From a virus, in the IMG/VR virus record IMGVR_UViG_3300034071_000719, positions 1 through 64,000 of that record: a DNA stretch of 64,000 nucleotides; one strand, given 5' to 3'. How positions within the stretch are numbered: the stretch's first letter is position 1; each line of letters starts with the position of its first letter. The translations under genes and the position numbers were made by a program. This document shows positions 20,701 to 30,530 of this stretch, piece by piece. The notes beneath the pieces were generated by a model. That model did no database searches. It saw only the letters and a list, made by a program, of their open reading frames with translations, and had not been told where the DNA came from.

Positions 20701-23700
20701 GTTGATTTAATTTTAACAACCATTAACGCAATTAAAAGTCAGTTATTTCCATGGTATTATAGTGATATGGTACCGTATGGTACTTTAAAAAATATTTTAA
20801 ATGATGTAGGATATACAGTATTTGATCCATTGGTTAGAACTTATGAAATTACATCGGTATTCAATAGTGCTATATTAAGTAACCAAGCGATATTAGTATA
20901 TCTAAATGGCGAACAATTAATCTTAAATAGAGATTATTCTTTTAATACAGAACGTCCGGCAGTAACTTTTGCAGATACTCTATTATTAAATGTAGATGAT
21001 TTAATTACTATTGTAGAATATCAAAACACTGATGGATGTTACATCCCTGAAACTCCTACTAAGTTAGGATTATATCCTAAATTTATTCCTGAGATCTTTT
21101 TAGATGATACATACCGTACGCCTATTAATGTTATTAGAGGACACGACGGTAGCTTAACACCGGCATTTAATGACTACCGTGATGACTTCCTACTAGAATT
21201 AGAAAAACGTATCTATAATAATATTAAGGTGCCCGACACAGGCCGCAATCAAGATATCCACGAAATAGTTACAGGTAAATTTAGAAACAGCGACTTTGTA
21301 TTAGCTGAAGCCACTCAATTATTGTCGGGTAGTTTTCTTAACTGGGTCGGGAATAACAAATTAGATTATAGCACAAATGATACGTTTAATTCAAATGATC
21401 CGTTTACATGGAACTACAGTAGATTCATTGATAGAATTAACGGTGAAGCATTGCCGGGCAGTTGGAAAGCATGCTTCCAATATTTTTATGATACAATTCG
21501 ACCACACCAAACACCATGGGAAATGTTGGGCTTTACATCAATTCCTGATTGGTGGGAAGACGAATATGGAACAGCACCCTATACCGGCGGTAATACATTA
21601 CTATGGAGCGATTTAGAAGCAGGCTTAATTAAGGGCGGCCCAACTGCTGGAGTAGATTCTAACTATATTCGTCCTGGACTTTCAAAAATCATTCCAGTAG
21701 ACGAAAATGGTATATTAAAAAGCCCGGCGGCAATATTAACTGCCGAGTTTGATTCAAAATATGCCGCTACAAGTTGGGCGGCAGGTAGTCAAGGCCCGGT
21801 AGAAGCCGCATGGAGAACTAGTAGCGAGTTTCCGTTTGCTGCACAGGTAGCATTGGCATTAGCAAAACCAGGCAAATATTTTGGAGTCTTTTTAGATGTT
21901 AACAGCTATCAATATAATTACAATATAGGTCAGTATCTAACAACAGCTAACAATCACTTAACACAAACATCAACATCATTTAACGGTGATACTACATCTG
22001 GCACAGTATTCAGAGGCGCCGGATATTTAAACTGGGTTGCGGATTATTTAATTAATCTTGGTATTAATCCGGCTACTAAAATTACTCTATTGATGAAAAA
22101 TTACAAAGTTAATCTTGCATATAAAATGGCTGGGTTTAGTGATCAAAAATATTTACAAGTATTAGCAGAGCAAAGCTCACCGACTAGTACAAATGATAGT
22201 ATTATTATTCCGGATGAAAATTACGAAGTATATTTGTATAAATCAACTCCGGTTGATAAACTTACATATAGTGCAGTTATCATTGAAAAAACAAGTAATG
22301 GGTTCAGTGTACGTGGGTATGATTTAAGTAACCCGTATTTCACTATCATTCCTAGCATAGTTAATTCTAATGCATCTAAGATTACTGTAGTAGCACAATC
22401 GGCTGCAGTGTTTAATGATTATCAACCAGTTAAATTAACAGTTCCATACGGTTATGATTTTAGTAGCATGCAACAAGTAGTTGATTTCTTAATAAGTTAC
22501 GAACGCTATTTGCAAGCACAAGGGTTTACATTCAATGACAACGACGGGCAGTTAAATGAAGTACGTAATTGGAAACTTTCGTCTAAAGAATTCCTATTCT
22601 GGGCACAACAAGGTTGGCCAAATGGAAGTATTTTAGTCTTATCACCGGTGTCAAATTTAATAACTTCGTTAAGTTCAGGCGCAATCACCGACGGAATCTC
22701 TGATAGTCAGTACGGAACAAAAATATTAGATCAAAATTTTAAATTAATTAAAAATAATAATTATAATGTTTTACGTACACCAACAAGTTTAAAAGTAGAA
22801 TTAACTAACGGCCAAGTAATAGGACTTATGACGTTAGATTTAGTACAATACGAACATGTATTAGTTTTTGATAATACAACAGTGTTCAATGATATTATCT
22901 ATAAACCCGAGCTTGGTAACAGACAATTTAGATTAAAATTAATCGGACAAAAAACAGATAACTGGGACGGAAGTTTAACCTCCCCAGGATTTGTATATAA
23001 TTCTAATACTGTACAATCTTGGATACAAGGAAAAGATTATCTTAAAGGTGTATTAGTTCAATATAAAAATCAATATTATGTTGCACTTCAAAATATTATT
23101 GCATCCGAATTATTTGATTTCTCTGCATGGAAAAGTGTTGACGCTGACCAAATTAAAACAGGATTATTACCTAACTTTGCGAGCAATGCAGTTAAAGCAC
23201 AATCATATTATGATGCATACGGATATTTTAATGATTCTAACAATGTTAAATATAGCCACGGATTAATTGGATTTAAACCACGCCAATTTTTAGATGACAT
23301 GGGCTTAAACGAAACAACCCAAGTTGAATTCTATAAAGGTTACATTACACAAAAAGGTACGGCAAATGCAATTGATGCATTAACTAATGCACAATTTAAT
23401 AATTTAAATAGTGCAATTGATTACTACGAAGAATGGGCAGTGCGAGTTGGCGAATATGGCGCAATTGATACTAATCCATACGTAGAAATTGCATTAGATG
23501 AAAAGGCATTCAGTGTTAATCCTGCACTTGCAGAATTTGTGCCAACAACAGACGAAGCACGAGCTAATGGAGTTACTGTATTTGCAAACGGCGATCTTTA
23601 CAAATCAACTAATCAATTTGATGGTACAATAGCCTCTATTAGAAATGATCAAAGTGATTATGATAATGATATTCCGACTGCGGGTTACGTAAACATTGAT

Positions 23701-26700
23701 GATATTGATGCTACTATATTTGACCTTGCTAACTATGCAGATTTAAATAGTCTAACATATACTATGGGTAGTGGTTATACTATATGGACCGCAAAAGATT
23801 TTAAATCAGATTGGAATGTTTTTAGAATATCAGAAACAGATACTACTATTGTAGAAGTAGAAAATGCATTAGATGGCTATATAACATTTAGAACAGATGT
23901 TTATCATGGATTAGCAGCTGATAATGTAGTAATGATTCGTAATTTTGATGCAGCATTTGATGGCTTCTATGAAGTATATAGAATTGTAGATTTAAGTAGC
24001 TTTATGGTTCGTTACACAGGCGATACAACAACATTAACTAACTTTACTGGCTCTGGTATTTTGTTTACCTTAGATAGTTTACGCTTTAATTACATGGAAA
24101 CTGCTCGTGAATACTTCCCACCACATGGCTGGAAAGTTGGCGAGAAGATTTGGATTGATACTGATGCAGCAACTACAACAGGACAAGGTCAACCGTACAA
24201 TACTGGCGACAACTTATGGAAAGTATACGAGAAGACACGCCCATGGGAAATGGGCCAACGCCTAGTAAAAAATATCGGTGAATATTCTGCAGATATAGGA
24301 TATGGCCAAGCATTAAAAATGATTGATAATGCCGCGCAAACTATTTTTGTTGGTACTACTTTATATGCAACTACTGGTGCAGTAAATGTATTTGATAAAA
24401 ATACATCAAATGTATATGTTGAAACAACTACTATAGTACCAGATGGTGCAAATACATTTACATTCGGTTCGCACATTGATACAGCAGTTGATACTACAGT
24501 ATTTGATGGTATCGATTCGAGAGAAACATTAGCAGTTGCGGCACCAACAAGTTCTGGATTAGCAGGAGCAGCAAATGTTGGACTATTATACATCTATAAA
24601 GAAACTGCTGGCACTGAAAATTGGGTAAGAGGACAAGTCATCGCAGGCAATGTTAGTGCCGTTGGTGGGAAATTTGGTACAGGCTTTGCGTTTGATGAAT
24701 TAGGCCACTGGCTATATGTTGGTGCACCATACGAATCGACTCCTAAAGTTTATGTTTACGGTTTACAACGCTTTGTGACTGTGGCTACCGGAAATGTTAC
24801 TACATCTGGTTCTGTGTCAACGGTAACAGTACCGTTTACACGTGATGCAACAGTTGGGTCAACTGATGCTAATTCATTATTAGTTACAAGTGCAACACGT
24901 ACATATATTCCACGAATTGACTATACAGTAAGTGGGCAAACAATAACATTTATATCCGGTAACGTAAATGCTACATTAACAATTTCACAAGGACCATACT
25001 ACACTTTAATTGAAACTATTACTCCACCGCCCGGCACAGGTGATAACAGTGAATTTGGCTATTGTATTGATGCTAGCTTAAATGGTGCACAACTTGGAGT
25101 TGGATGCCCGGGTGATACAGTTAACGTAGCAGTATTCAGCGATGGTATAACAACCGTTGAACGTTCAATTCCTGTAGGAACTAATACTGCATCAATTACG
25201 TTAGATGGAAATGTATTACCACGTACATCATACGTTGAGAATGTTGGTGCTGGATCGGTATTTGTGTACGATCGTGTTATTGAATCATTTAATAGTACTA
25301 ACGATACAATATATACTACAGAAGAAACTATCGCTCCGGTATATAAAGTAACAGTTGATGGCATTGAAATATTTGATTATACAAAAACAGCCGCAAAAGA
25401 AATAACATTATATGTTCCAGTAGGCATTGGTAAAGTTATTAACATCGAAACTAATAAATTTACTCTATTAGAAAAACTAATTGGAATTGATTCGCTTGAT
25501 GGTACGCTAGGTGCAATTCAATCAGGCGCACGTTTTGGTTCGGCATTAACAATTTGTTCAAACAATTGCGCATTCTATATTGGCGCTCCGTATTACGACA
25601 GTGGTACAATTTATAACACTGGTGCTGTATGGAAATTCCATAATAGAGGAACACTATACGGTACTAACACAGGTTATACACATAACCCAACGTTCACACC
25701 GGGTGATACAATTCGATTAGACAACTTCCAAATTACTGTAACTGGTACTAGCTTAGATAGTTTGGTTGAAGATATTAACAATGCTAATCTATTAGGTATT
25801 ACCGCAGTTAATGAAAATGGATATTTAAGATTAAACAGTGATAAAACTGTAGCTAAAAATCGTTTACGTATCTTATCAGCAAGTGGCACCGTGTATGAAG
25901 ATGCAGGCATGGCTATATTTGCATTCATGCAGATTATTGTTAACCCTTATAAAAATGCCAATGAATATTTTGGTACTAAAGTTATATTGGCTCGCAATGC
26001 ATATATGCTAGTGATCAGTAGCGATCGCGGTACAACAAGAAAATATACTACATTTGATAACGATACTACTATACTCGATGGTGAAACTACTGGCATATAT
26101 GATAGTATAAAAGCTAGTGGAAGTGTATACACATATGAACTATACGATGACCCACGCAATGCAGTAGAGAATCCAGGACGCTACGCATTCTGTCAACAAA
26201 TTGATCCAACAGATTTAAATCCAGGTGACGGATTTGGTGCTGCGATTGATGTTATTGGCGGACATATCGTAGTAAGTGCACCAAATGATGATGCAACAAT
26301 AACCAATGGTGGTAGCATTTATCTGTTTAGTAATCCAACTGGGCAACGTGGGTGGAATTTATTACGTTACGAACAGCCAACAGTTGATATTGATTCTGTT
26401 AACAGACTTTATGTGTATAACAAACGAACTAATACTATTTTAGCTAATTTAGAATTCATTGATCCAGCTGCTGGTAAGATTTTAGGGCTAGCAGAACAAG
26501 AACTTTCATATAAAACATCATATGATCCTGCAATTTATAATAAAGGCACAAGTAGCGAAAGCAGTTCAAATACATATTGGGAAGCTACACAAGTCGGTAG
26601 AGTATGGTGGAATTTAGACCAAGTACGTTACATAGATTACGAGCAAGGATCACTAGCATATCGCAGTATTAACTGGGGTAGATTATTTCCAGGATCAATT

Positions 26701-29700
26701 GTTGAAGTATTAGAGTGGGTAGAATCGGACGTATTACCGAGCAAATATGTTTCTGCAGGTAATAATGGTACACCAAAACATGCTGACGATAGTGCGTATG
26801 TGGAAACTATATTTGTTGATCCACTTACTAATATAATTAGTACAAAATATTATTATTGGGTTAAAGATAAAACATCACTTGATGTTATTAATTCTTCAAG
26901 ATCATTGCCGATTAAAGTTATTCGAGACTTAATAGAAAATCCAAAAAATAACGGAACAGCATATACAGCTATCATTTCACCTTCTGCGGTGATACTATAT
27001 AATATTGCCGAGTATCTATCCGATGTAGATACAATATTGCATTTAGATTATGAATTAATACGAAATTCAAGCATAGTACATAGTGAATATGAATTAATAC
27101 AAAAAGGTAATAATGTAGGTATAATTCCTGTTCGAATTATAGATAAATTAATAGATAGTTTAGTAGGATATGATATAGCTAATGCGCAAGTTCCGGATAT
27201 GGGATTAAGCATTGCTGACCGATATGGTATTTCTATTAGACCTCGACAATCGATGTTTGTTGATAGACTTACTGCGGTTACTGTACTAATTGATTATGTT
27301 AATAATGTATTTACAACTGCCCAATATACTACATATAATGTGGAACATCTTCTATTAGAAGAATCGCAACCAAGCAAAAAGTTAAATGAATACGATATAT
27401 TAGTTACAACAGAAGAAGAATTACTATATGTTGATACAACCGAATTATCATCGGGTTACTTAGTATTAGTTGCGACTAATACAATGTACGAAGGTAGATG
27501 GACACTGCATCAATTAACTAGTACTAATACATGGGAAATAATTCGAAGCCAATCATACAAAACTAGTTTGTATTGGGATTACGCAGATTGGTATGCCACT
27601 GGTTACACTTCTGCTATTAAACCAGCTTATTCAGTTGCAACATTGCTTGATGCATTAAAACTGCCGTATACAGCTAATGATATTATTAAAATAACCAATA
27701 CCGGAGCAGGACAATGGGAATTAATACTTGTCAATGACGCACTTGAATTTGTTACAATTGGTAAACAACACGGAACCATACAACTTAATAAATCTAAATT
27801 AATTGATGTAACATTAGATCAACACGTTGAACTTCGAAATATTATTGTTGGATTGCAAGATGATATATTTGTTGGTACGCTTGCTGGAGAGTTTAATAAA
27901 TTATTCTTTCAATTGATAAATTATTTATTTACTGAACAAACTTATGTTGATTGGATATTTAAAACTAGTTTTATTAGCATTGTTCACAAATTACGTGGGT
28001 TAACTCAACCATCTAATTATATCAAGGACAATCAAACTTATTACCAGGATTATATAAACGAAGTTAAACCGTATTCAACTAAGATACGAGAATATTTACT
28101 TAATTACAATAGTGTTGATGAGTTTCCGGGTAGCGTGTCTGACTTTGATCTACCTGCATATTATGATCATACGCTGAAGGTATTCCGTAGTCCAAGTGGC
28201 GAGCAACTTGCTACAGATTCGTCGATGTGGCAAACAGCACCATATAATCAATGGTATGCTAATAGAACCTATGAAATCGAATCAATAGAAATTGGAAATA
28301 AAGGAGTCGGTTATGTAACTGCGCCTGTAGTTGAGATATACGGAAATGGCACCGGTGCAACTGCACACTCATTGATTAATTTTGATACAGGTGAAGTTAC
28401 TGCCGTGATAGTTGATAACCCGGGAACAGGATATAGCCAACAAGTTGTTATTCGACTAAATGGCAATGGATCAGGGGCAACGGCATACGCAAGATTACAC
28501 AATAATCAAGTGCGTAGTATTAATACTACTATGAAATTTGATAGAATTAGTTATTCTAGTGTAGTTAAAGAATGGACACCTAATACAGTATTTTTAGCGG
28601 GCGACATTGTTAGCTATAATGCAGTTGGTTACATTGTAAATGCAAACATGACTACCCCGGCTAAATTTATTGCCTCTGATTATACTGTTCATCCATCTGC
28701 AAGTTTTACTAATGCAAATGATAGAATAATGGCAAACTATGCTCCGGGTAATGACCTTCCACTGAAAAATTTATCACAGTTAATTTATGGCATCGATTAT
28801 CCAGGCGTACAAGTAACTGGACTGCCGTTTGATCAGGCTCCTGGCTTAGATTTAGGACCGTTTGATATCAACCTATTTGATCAGGTGCAATATGATATTG
28901 ATGGTCTACCAATGACAAGTGACACAGCAGTTGATTCGCTGATTCAGAGTAACTACACTGATTTAGCTCTTGGTACACGCCCAGAAGATATTAATGTTAT
29001 TGGTGGTGCGTATGTTGATACATATTCGAGTCATGCTCCAGAAGAAATGGTTCCGGGTATTGTATTTGATACATTAAATCTACAAGTATATACTAAGATT
29101 CTTGGTAATACTGTGGTACTTGGATATCGCATATTACACGATATGCTACACAATTCGACATATCTACGAATTGCAGAACATTATTCAACGGTGTTAACTG
29201 CCCCTTTAAATATTAGTGATAGTTTAATTTATGTCGAAGATGCAAGCACCTTACCTATACCGGACCCAGATGCTGGTATCCCTGGGGTAATATTTATTCA
29301 GACAGAACGAATTACGTATTATACAATTGATTTAATTAATCATACATTAGGACAATTACGTAGAGGAACAGCAGGAACCGCACCAAGATTAACTTATCAA
29401 TCTGGGGTTGCAGTAGTTGATGCAAGTAATAGACAATTAATGCCAAATATTGGTTCTAGTAATGTAACTCATGCAGTAGATCATGCATACACTATTACAT
29501 CAACTCCGCCATATGAGTTAACATTTACTGATGCAATTATACCAACGTTTGGTGATTATATTACACAAGCAAGCACTGGTGCTAATGTTACGGTAACTGC
29601 AATATCAACCTTAACTGCCGAAACCATACAAGTAAGTGCTATTTTACCAGTTTTACAAGTTGGTGACATTGTAACTCAAAGTTTGTCAGGAACAATTGCT

Positions 29701-30486
29701 CGAGTAACAAAAACAGATACGACTAGTAACTACATAACATTAGTATATACTGCCGGTCAATTTACTGTAGGATCAGGTAATATTAGTTTGAATGGAATAG
29801 ATGCCAATGCATATCCTACATCTGCAAGTATTAGGGCTGTGCCTCGTGCTACTGTTATTAAAAATAACAATATACCGTTTAGTTATGCATCTGCAAATGT
29901 TGGATTGAATAGTAATATCACAGTATCAAGTGGTAGTTACATAACTCAAAGCTCAACTGGTGCAAATGCAATAGTTCAACAATCAGTTACTGACAGTAAG
30001 TATGTTAACTTAGTATATGTAGATACAACAATATTTGAATTAGGCGCTGGCAATATTGCAATTAATGGCGGTACTGTTACAAGTATACATCCTACTACAT
30101 CGGTATATATTGCGAATATAAGTAATCAAATAAGTATCAATGGCACAATTAGTTCTGACATTGCTCCGCTTGCTATGAATTTATTAGCTGCAAGTGATTC
30201 GACTAACGAATATGTTACTGGATCAGTTGATGCCAATGGAAATATTACAGTTAAAGCAAATGTAACTTTAAAAACAGATAATGCATGGTATACACCTATA
30301 CCTGGAGTTGCACCATCAGATGGGCTGGGCTTCCAGTTTACTGATACTGCTCAGGTATTATTCTTAAAATTATGGCCAAGTGGCTATCCAGCGAGTTTTG
30401 CAATAGGTGATGAGGCGTTGGTAAATATAGTAACAGAATCGGGTATAGAAATATACGGCGAGTTTGGTGATATTGATGGAAATTAA
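17719..30486 (+). CDS. Giant baseplate wedge/structural protein (gp7-like position), 4255 aa
   Basis: Follows gp6; FLP.IFQT..N.KFL N-terminus, FG-GAP-like repeats, YINEVKPY.TKIRE, G.GY..AP.V repeats, Thr-rich C-terminal repeats. Confidence 0.7.
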   Translation: MTMASRKTLKFLPTIFQTDTNSKFLSATLDQLIAEPELKTIHGYIGRKFAPTYKNKDSYLVESLTERQNYQLEPSIVARDDQQNITFFASYIDLLNKIDYYGGITTDHSRLFASEYYSFNPQISYDKFINFTQYFWLPNGPDSVDVYTGSVPLTDTITVHRDSTTNKYRFESTGRNNGTLILARGGVYTFEVNQPGHPFWIQTELGIDGLVNSTPGISSREVLGVTNNGADVGTITFLVPQSTAQDNFNSMNLIYNVDYAIPLAYSKIQHQLLSNFIQAFPQYAPIAANIDGKTLIFIDQDQLTNYGENAWITPGLFDNHGIEVDEFDAGYVVTNNQRYGVWKIMLIENGGDTIIRLVPVIDVPLNNKVYIQSGITNVNREYFKDYDEFFHQVPVISSVQNTIYYQDGSSSDLYGQFSLINPASWIIDVDQEIIGKSEYISPNGIEFTTGLKIKFGTDVYPATYQNNSYYVEGVGDAIRLVDITALITPEPFNDELAINYPGQVFPDYITINRASKDLNAWSRSNRWFHRDVIEKTAEYNSTTPAYDQLQRAQRPIVQFNADYQLFNNGRIGKKAIDILDTLTTDAFSDVEGTYQTIFRGATIINGTRVIFANDNDPLVRNNIYEINLVYITVDEFQRPVGDPQITLTLAADGIAEQYDSTVITTGQYKGTSWWFNGINWVESQTKTSNQQDPLFDIFDSADTSLSEYPASTFAGTKLFGYKRNSTGRTDPVLQFPLSYRNFGTQGDIEFSNYYNIDTFSYTANPITQISIGSLHKIADRYNSVSSTIWSTVIEESKQYQLISYIYLGSTTIFAIDVTPAVESTIPYLRVFQNNVLLTPTQWVFNSVTKTISLVATPAIDDKIDILVYSKEVSKLGHYQIPLNLDLNAQNIDLESLTLGQIRNHVVALSHNSKELVGNILGPNNLRDIELATQGGNILQHSAPVPHAALFLLNEDTNFVNAVRYAQQEYARFKNKFLEYSTTLNGIQPTDPSASVDLILTTINAIKSQLFPWYYSDMVPYGTLKNILNDVGYTVFDPLVRTYEITSVFNSAILSNQAILVYLNGEQLILNRDYSFNTERPAVTFADTLLLNVDDLITIVEYQNTDGCYIPETPTKLGLYPKFIPEIFLDDTYRTPINVIRGHDGSLTPAFNDYRDDFLLELEKRIYNNIKVPDTGRNQDIHEIVTGKFRNSDFVLAEATQLLSGSFLNWVGNNKLDYSTNDTFNSNDPFTWNYSRFIDRINGEALPGSWKACFQYFYDTIRPHQTPWEMLGFTSIPDWWEDEYGTAPYTGGNTLLWSDLEAGLIKGGPTAGVDSNYIRPGLSKIIPVDENGILKSPAAILTAEFDSKYAATSWAAGSQGPVEAAWRTSSEFPFAAQVALALAKPGKYFGVFLDVNSYQYNYNIGQYLTTANNHLTQTSTSFNGDTTSGTVFRGAGYLNWVADYLINLGINPATKITLLMKNYKVNLAYKMAGFSDQKYLQVLAEQSSPTSTNDSIIIPDENYEVYLYKSTPVDKLTYSAVIIEKTSNGFSVRGYDLSNPYFTIIPSIVNSNASKITVVAQSAAVFNDYQPVKLTVPYGYDFSSMQQVVDFLISYERYLQAQGFTFNDNDGQLNEVRNWKLSSKEFLFWAQQGWPNGSILVLSPVSNLITSLSSGAITDGISDSQYGTKILDQNFKLIKNNNYNVLRTPTSLKVELTNGQVIGLMTLDLVQYEHVLVFDNTTVFNDIIYKPELGNRQFRLKLIGQKTDNWDGSLTSPGFVYNSNTVQSWIQGKDYLKGVLVQYKNQYYVALQNIIASELFDFSAWKSVDADQIKTGLLPNFASNAVKAQSYYDAYGYFNDSNNVKYSHGLIGFKPRQFLDDMGLNETTQVEFYKGYITQKGTANAIDALTNAQFNNLNSAIDYYEEWAVRVGEYGAIDTNPYVEIALDEKAFSVNPALAEFVPTTDEARANGVTVFANGDLYKSTNQFDGTIASIRNDQSDYDNDIPTAGYVNIDDIDATIFDLANYADLNSLTYTMGSGYTIWTAKDFKSDWNVFRISETDTTIVEVENALDGYITFRTDVYHGLAADNVVMIRNFDAAFDGFYEVYRIVDLSSFMVRYTGDTTTLTNFTGSGILFTLDSLRFNYMETAREYFPPHGWKVGEKIWIDTDAATTTGQGQPYNTGDNLWKVYEKTRPWEMGQRLVKNIGEYSADIGYGQALKMIDNAAQTIFVGTTLYATTGAVNVFDKNTSNVYVETTTIVPDGANTFTFGSHIDTAVDTTVFDGIDSRETLAVAAPTSSGLAGAANVGLLYIYKETAGTENWVRGQVIAGNVSAVGGKFGTGFAFDELGHWLYVGAPYESTPKVYVYGLQRFVTVATGNVTTSGSVSTVTVPFTRDATVGSTDANSLLVTSATRTYIPRIDYTVSGQTITFISGNVNATLTISQGPYYTLIETITPPPGTGDNSEFGYCIDASLNGAQLGVGCPGDTVNVAVFSDGITTVERSIPVGTNTASITLDGNVLPRTSYVENVGAGSVFVYDRVIESFNSTNDTIYTTEETIAPVYKVTVDGIEIFDYTKTAAKEITLYVPVGIGKVINIETNKFTLLEKLIGIDSLDGTLGAIQSGARFGSALTICSNNCAFYIGAPYYDSGTIYNTGAVWKFHNRGTLYGTNTGYTHNPTFTPGDTIRLDNFQITVTGTSLDSLVEDINNANLLGITAVNENGYLRLNSDKTVAKNRLRILSASGTVYEDAGMAIFAFMQIIVNPYKNANEYFGTKVILARNAYMLVISSDRGTTRKYTTFDNDTTILDGETTGIYDSIKASGSVYTYELYDDPRNAVENPGRYAFCQQIDPTDLNPGDGFGAAIDVIGGHIVVSAPNDDATITNGGSIYLFSNPTGQRGWNLLRYEQPTVDIDSVNRLYVYNKRTNTILANLEFIDPAAGKILGLAEQELSYKTSYDPAIYNKGTSSESSSNTYWEATQVGRVWWNLDQVRYIDYEQGSLAYRSINWGRLFPGSIVEVLEWVESDVLPSKYVSAGNNGTPKHADDSAYVETIFVDPLTNIISTKYYYWVKDKTSLDVINSSRSLPIKVIRDLIENPKNNGTAYTAIISPSAVILYNIAEYLSDVDTILHLDYELIRNSSIVHSEYELIQKGNNVGIIPVRIIDKLIDSLVGYDIANAQVPDMGLSIADRYGISIRPRQSMFVDRLTAVTVLIDYVNNVFTTAQYTTYNVEHLLLEESQPSKKLNEYDILVTTEEELLYVDTTELSSGYLVLVATNTMYEGRWTLHQLTSTNTWEIIRSQSYKTSLYWDYADWYATGYTSAIKPAYSVATLLDALKLPYTANDIIKITNTGAGQWELILVNDALEFVTIGKQHGTIQLNKSKLIDVTLDQHVELRNIIVGLQDDIFVGTLAGEFNKLFFQLINYLFTEQTYVDWIFKTSFISIVHKLRGLTQPSNYIKDNQTYYQDYINEVKPYSTKIREYLLNYNSVDEFPGSVSDFDLPAYYDHTLKVFRSPSGEQLATDSSMWQTAPYNQWYANRTYEIESIEIGNKGVGYVTAPVVEIYGNGTGATAHSLINFDTGEVTAVIVDNPGTGYSQQVVIRLNGNGSGATAYARLHNNQVRSINTTMKFDRISYSSVVKEWTPNTVFLAGDIVSYNAVGYIVNANMTTPAKFIASDYTVHPSASFTNANDRIMANYAPGNDLPLKNLSQLIYGIDYPGVQVTGLPFDQAPGLDLGPFDINLFDQVQYDIDGLPMTSDTAVDSLIQSNYTDLALGTRPEDINVIGGAYVDTYSSHAPEEMVPGIVFDTLNLQVYTKILGNTVVLGYRILHDMLHNSTYLRIAEHYSTVLTAPLNISDSLIYVEDASTLPIPDPDAGIPGVIFIQTERITYYTIDLINHTLGQLRRGTAGTAPRLTYQSGVAVVDASNRQLMPNIGSSNVTHAVDHAYTITSTPPYELTFTDAIIPTFGDYITQASTGANVTVTAISTLTAETIQVSAILPVLQVGDIVTQSLSGTIARVTKTDTTSNYITLVYTAGQFTVGSGNISLNGIDANAYPTSASIRAVPRATVIKNNNIPFSYASANVGLNSNITVSSGSYITQSSTGANAIVQQSVTDSKYVNLVYVDTTIFELGAGNIAINGGTVTSIHPTTSVYIANISNQISINGTISSDIAPLAMNLLAASDSTNEYVTGSVDANGNITVKANVTLKTDNAWYTPIPGVAPSDGLGFQFTDTAQVLFLKLWPSGYPASFAIGDEALVNIVTESGIEIYGEFGDIDGN

Positions 30487-30530
30487 TACCACCACGAAAC
30501 AAAAAATGATTAACGTGTCCGGAGACATAA

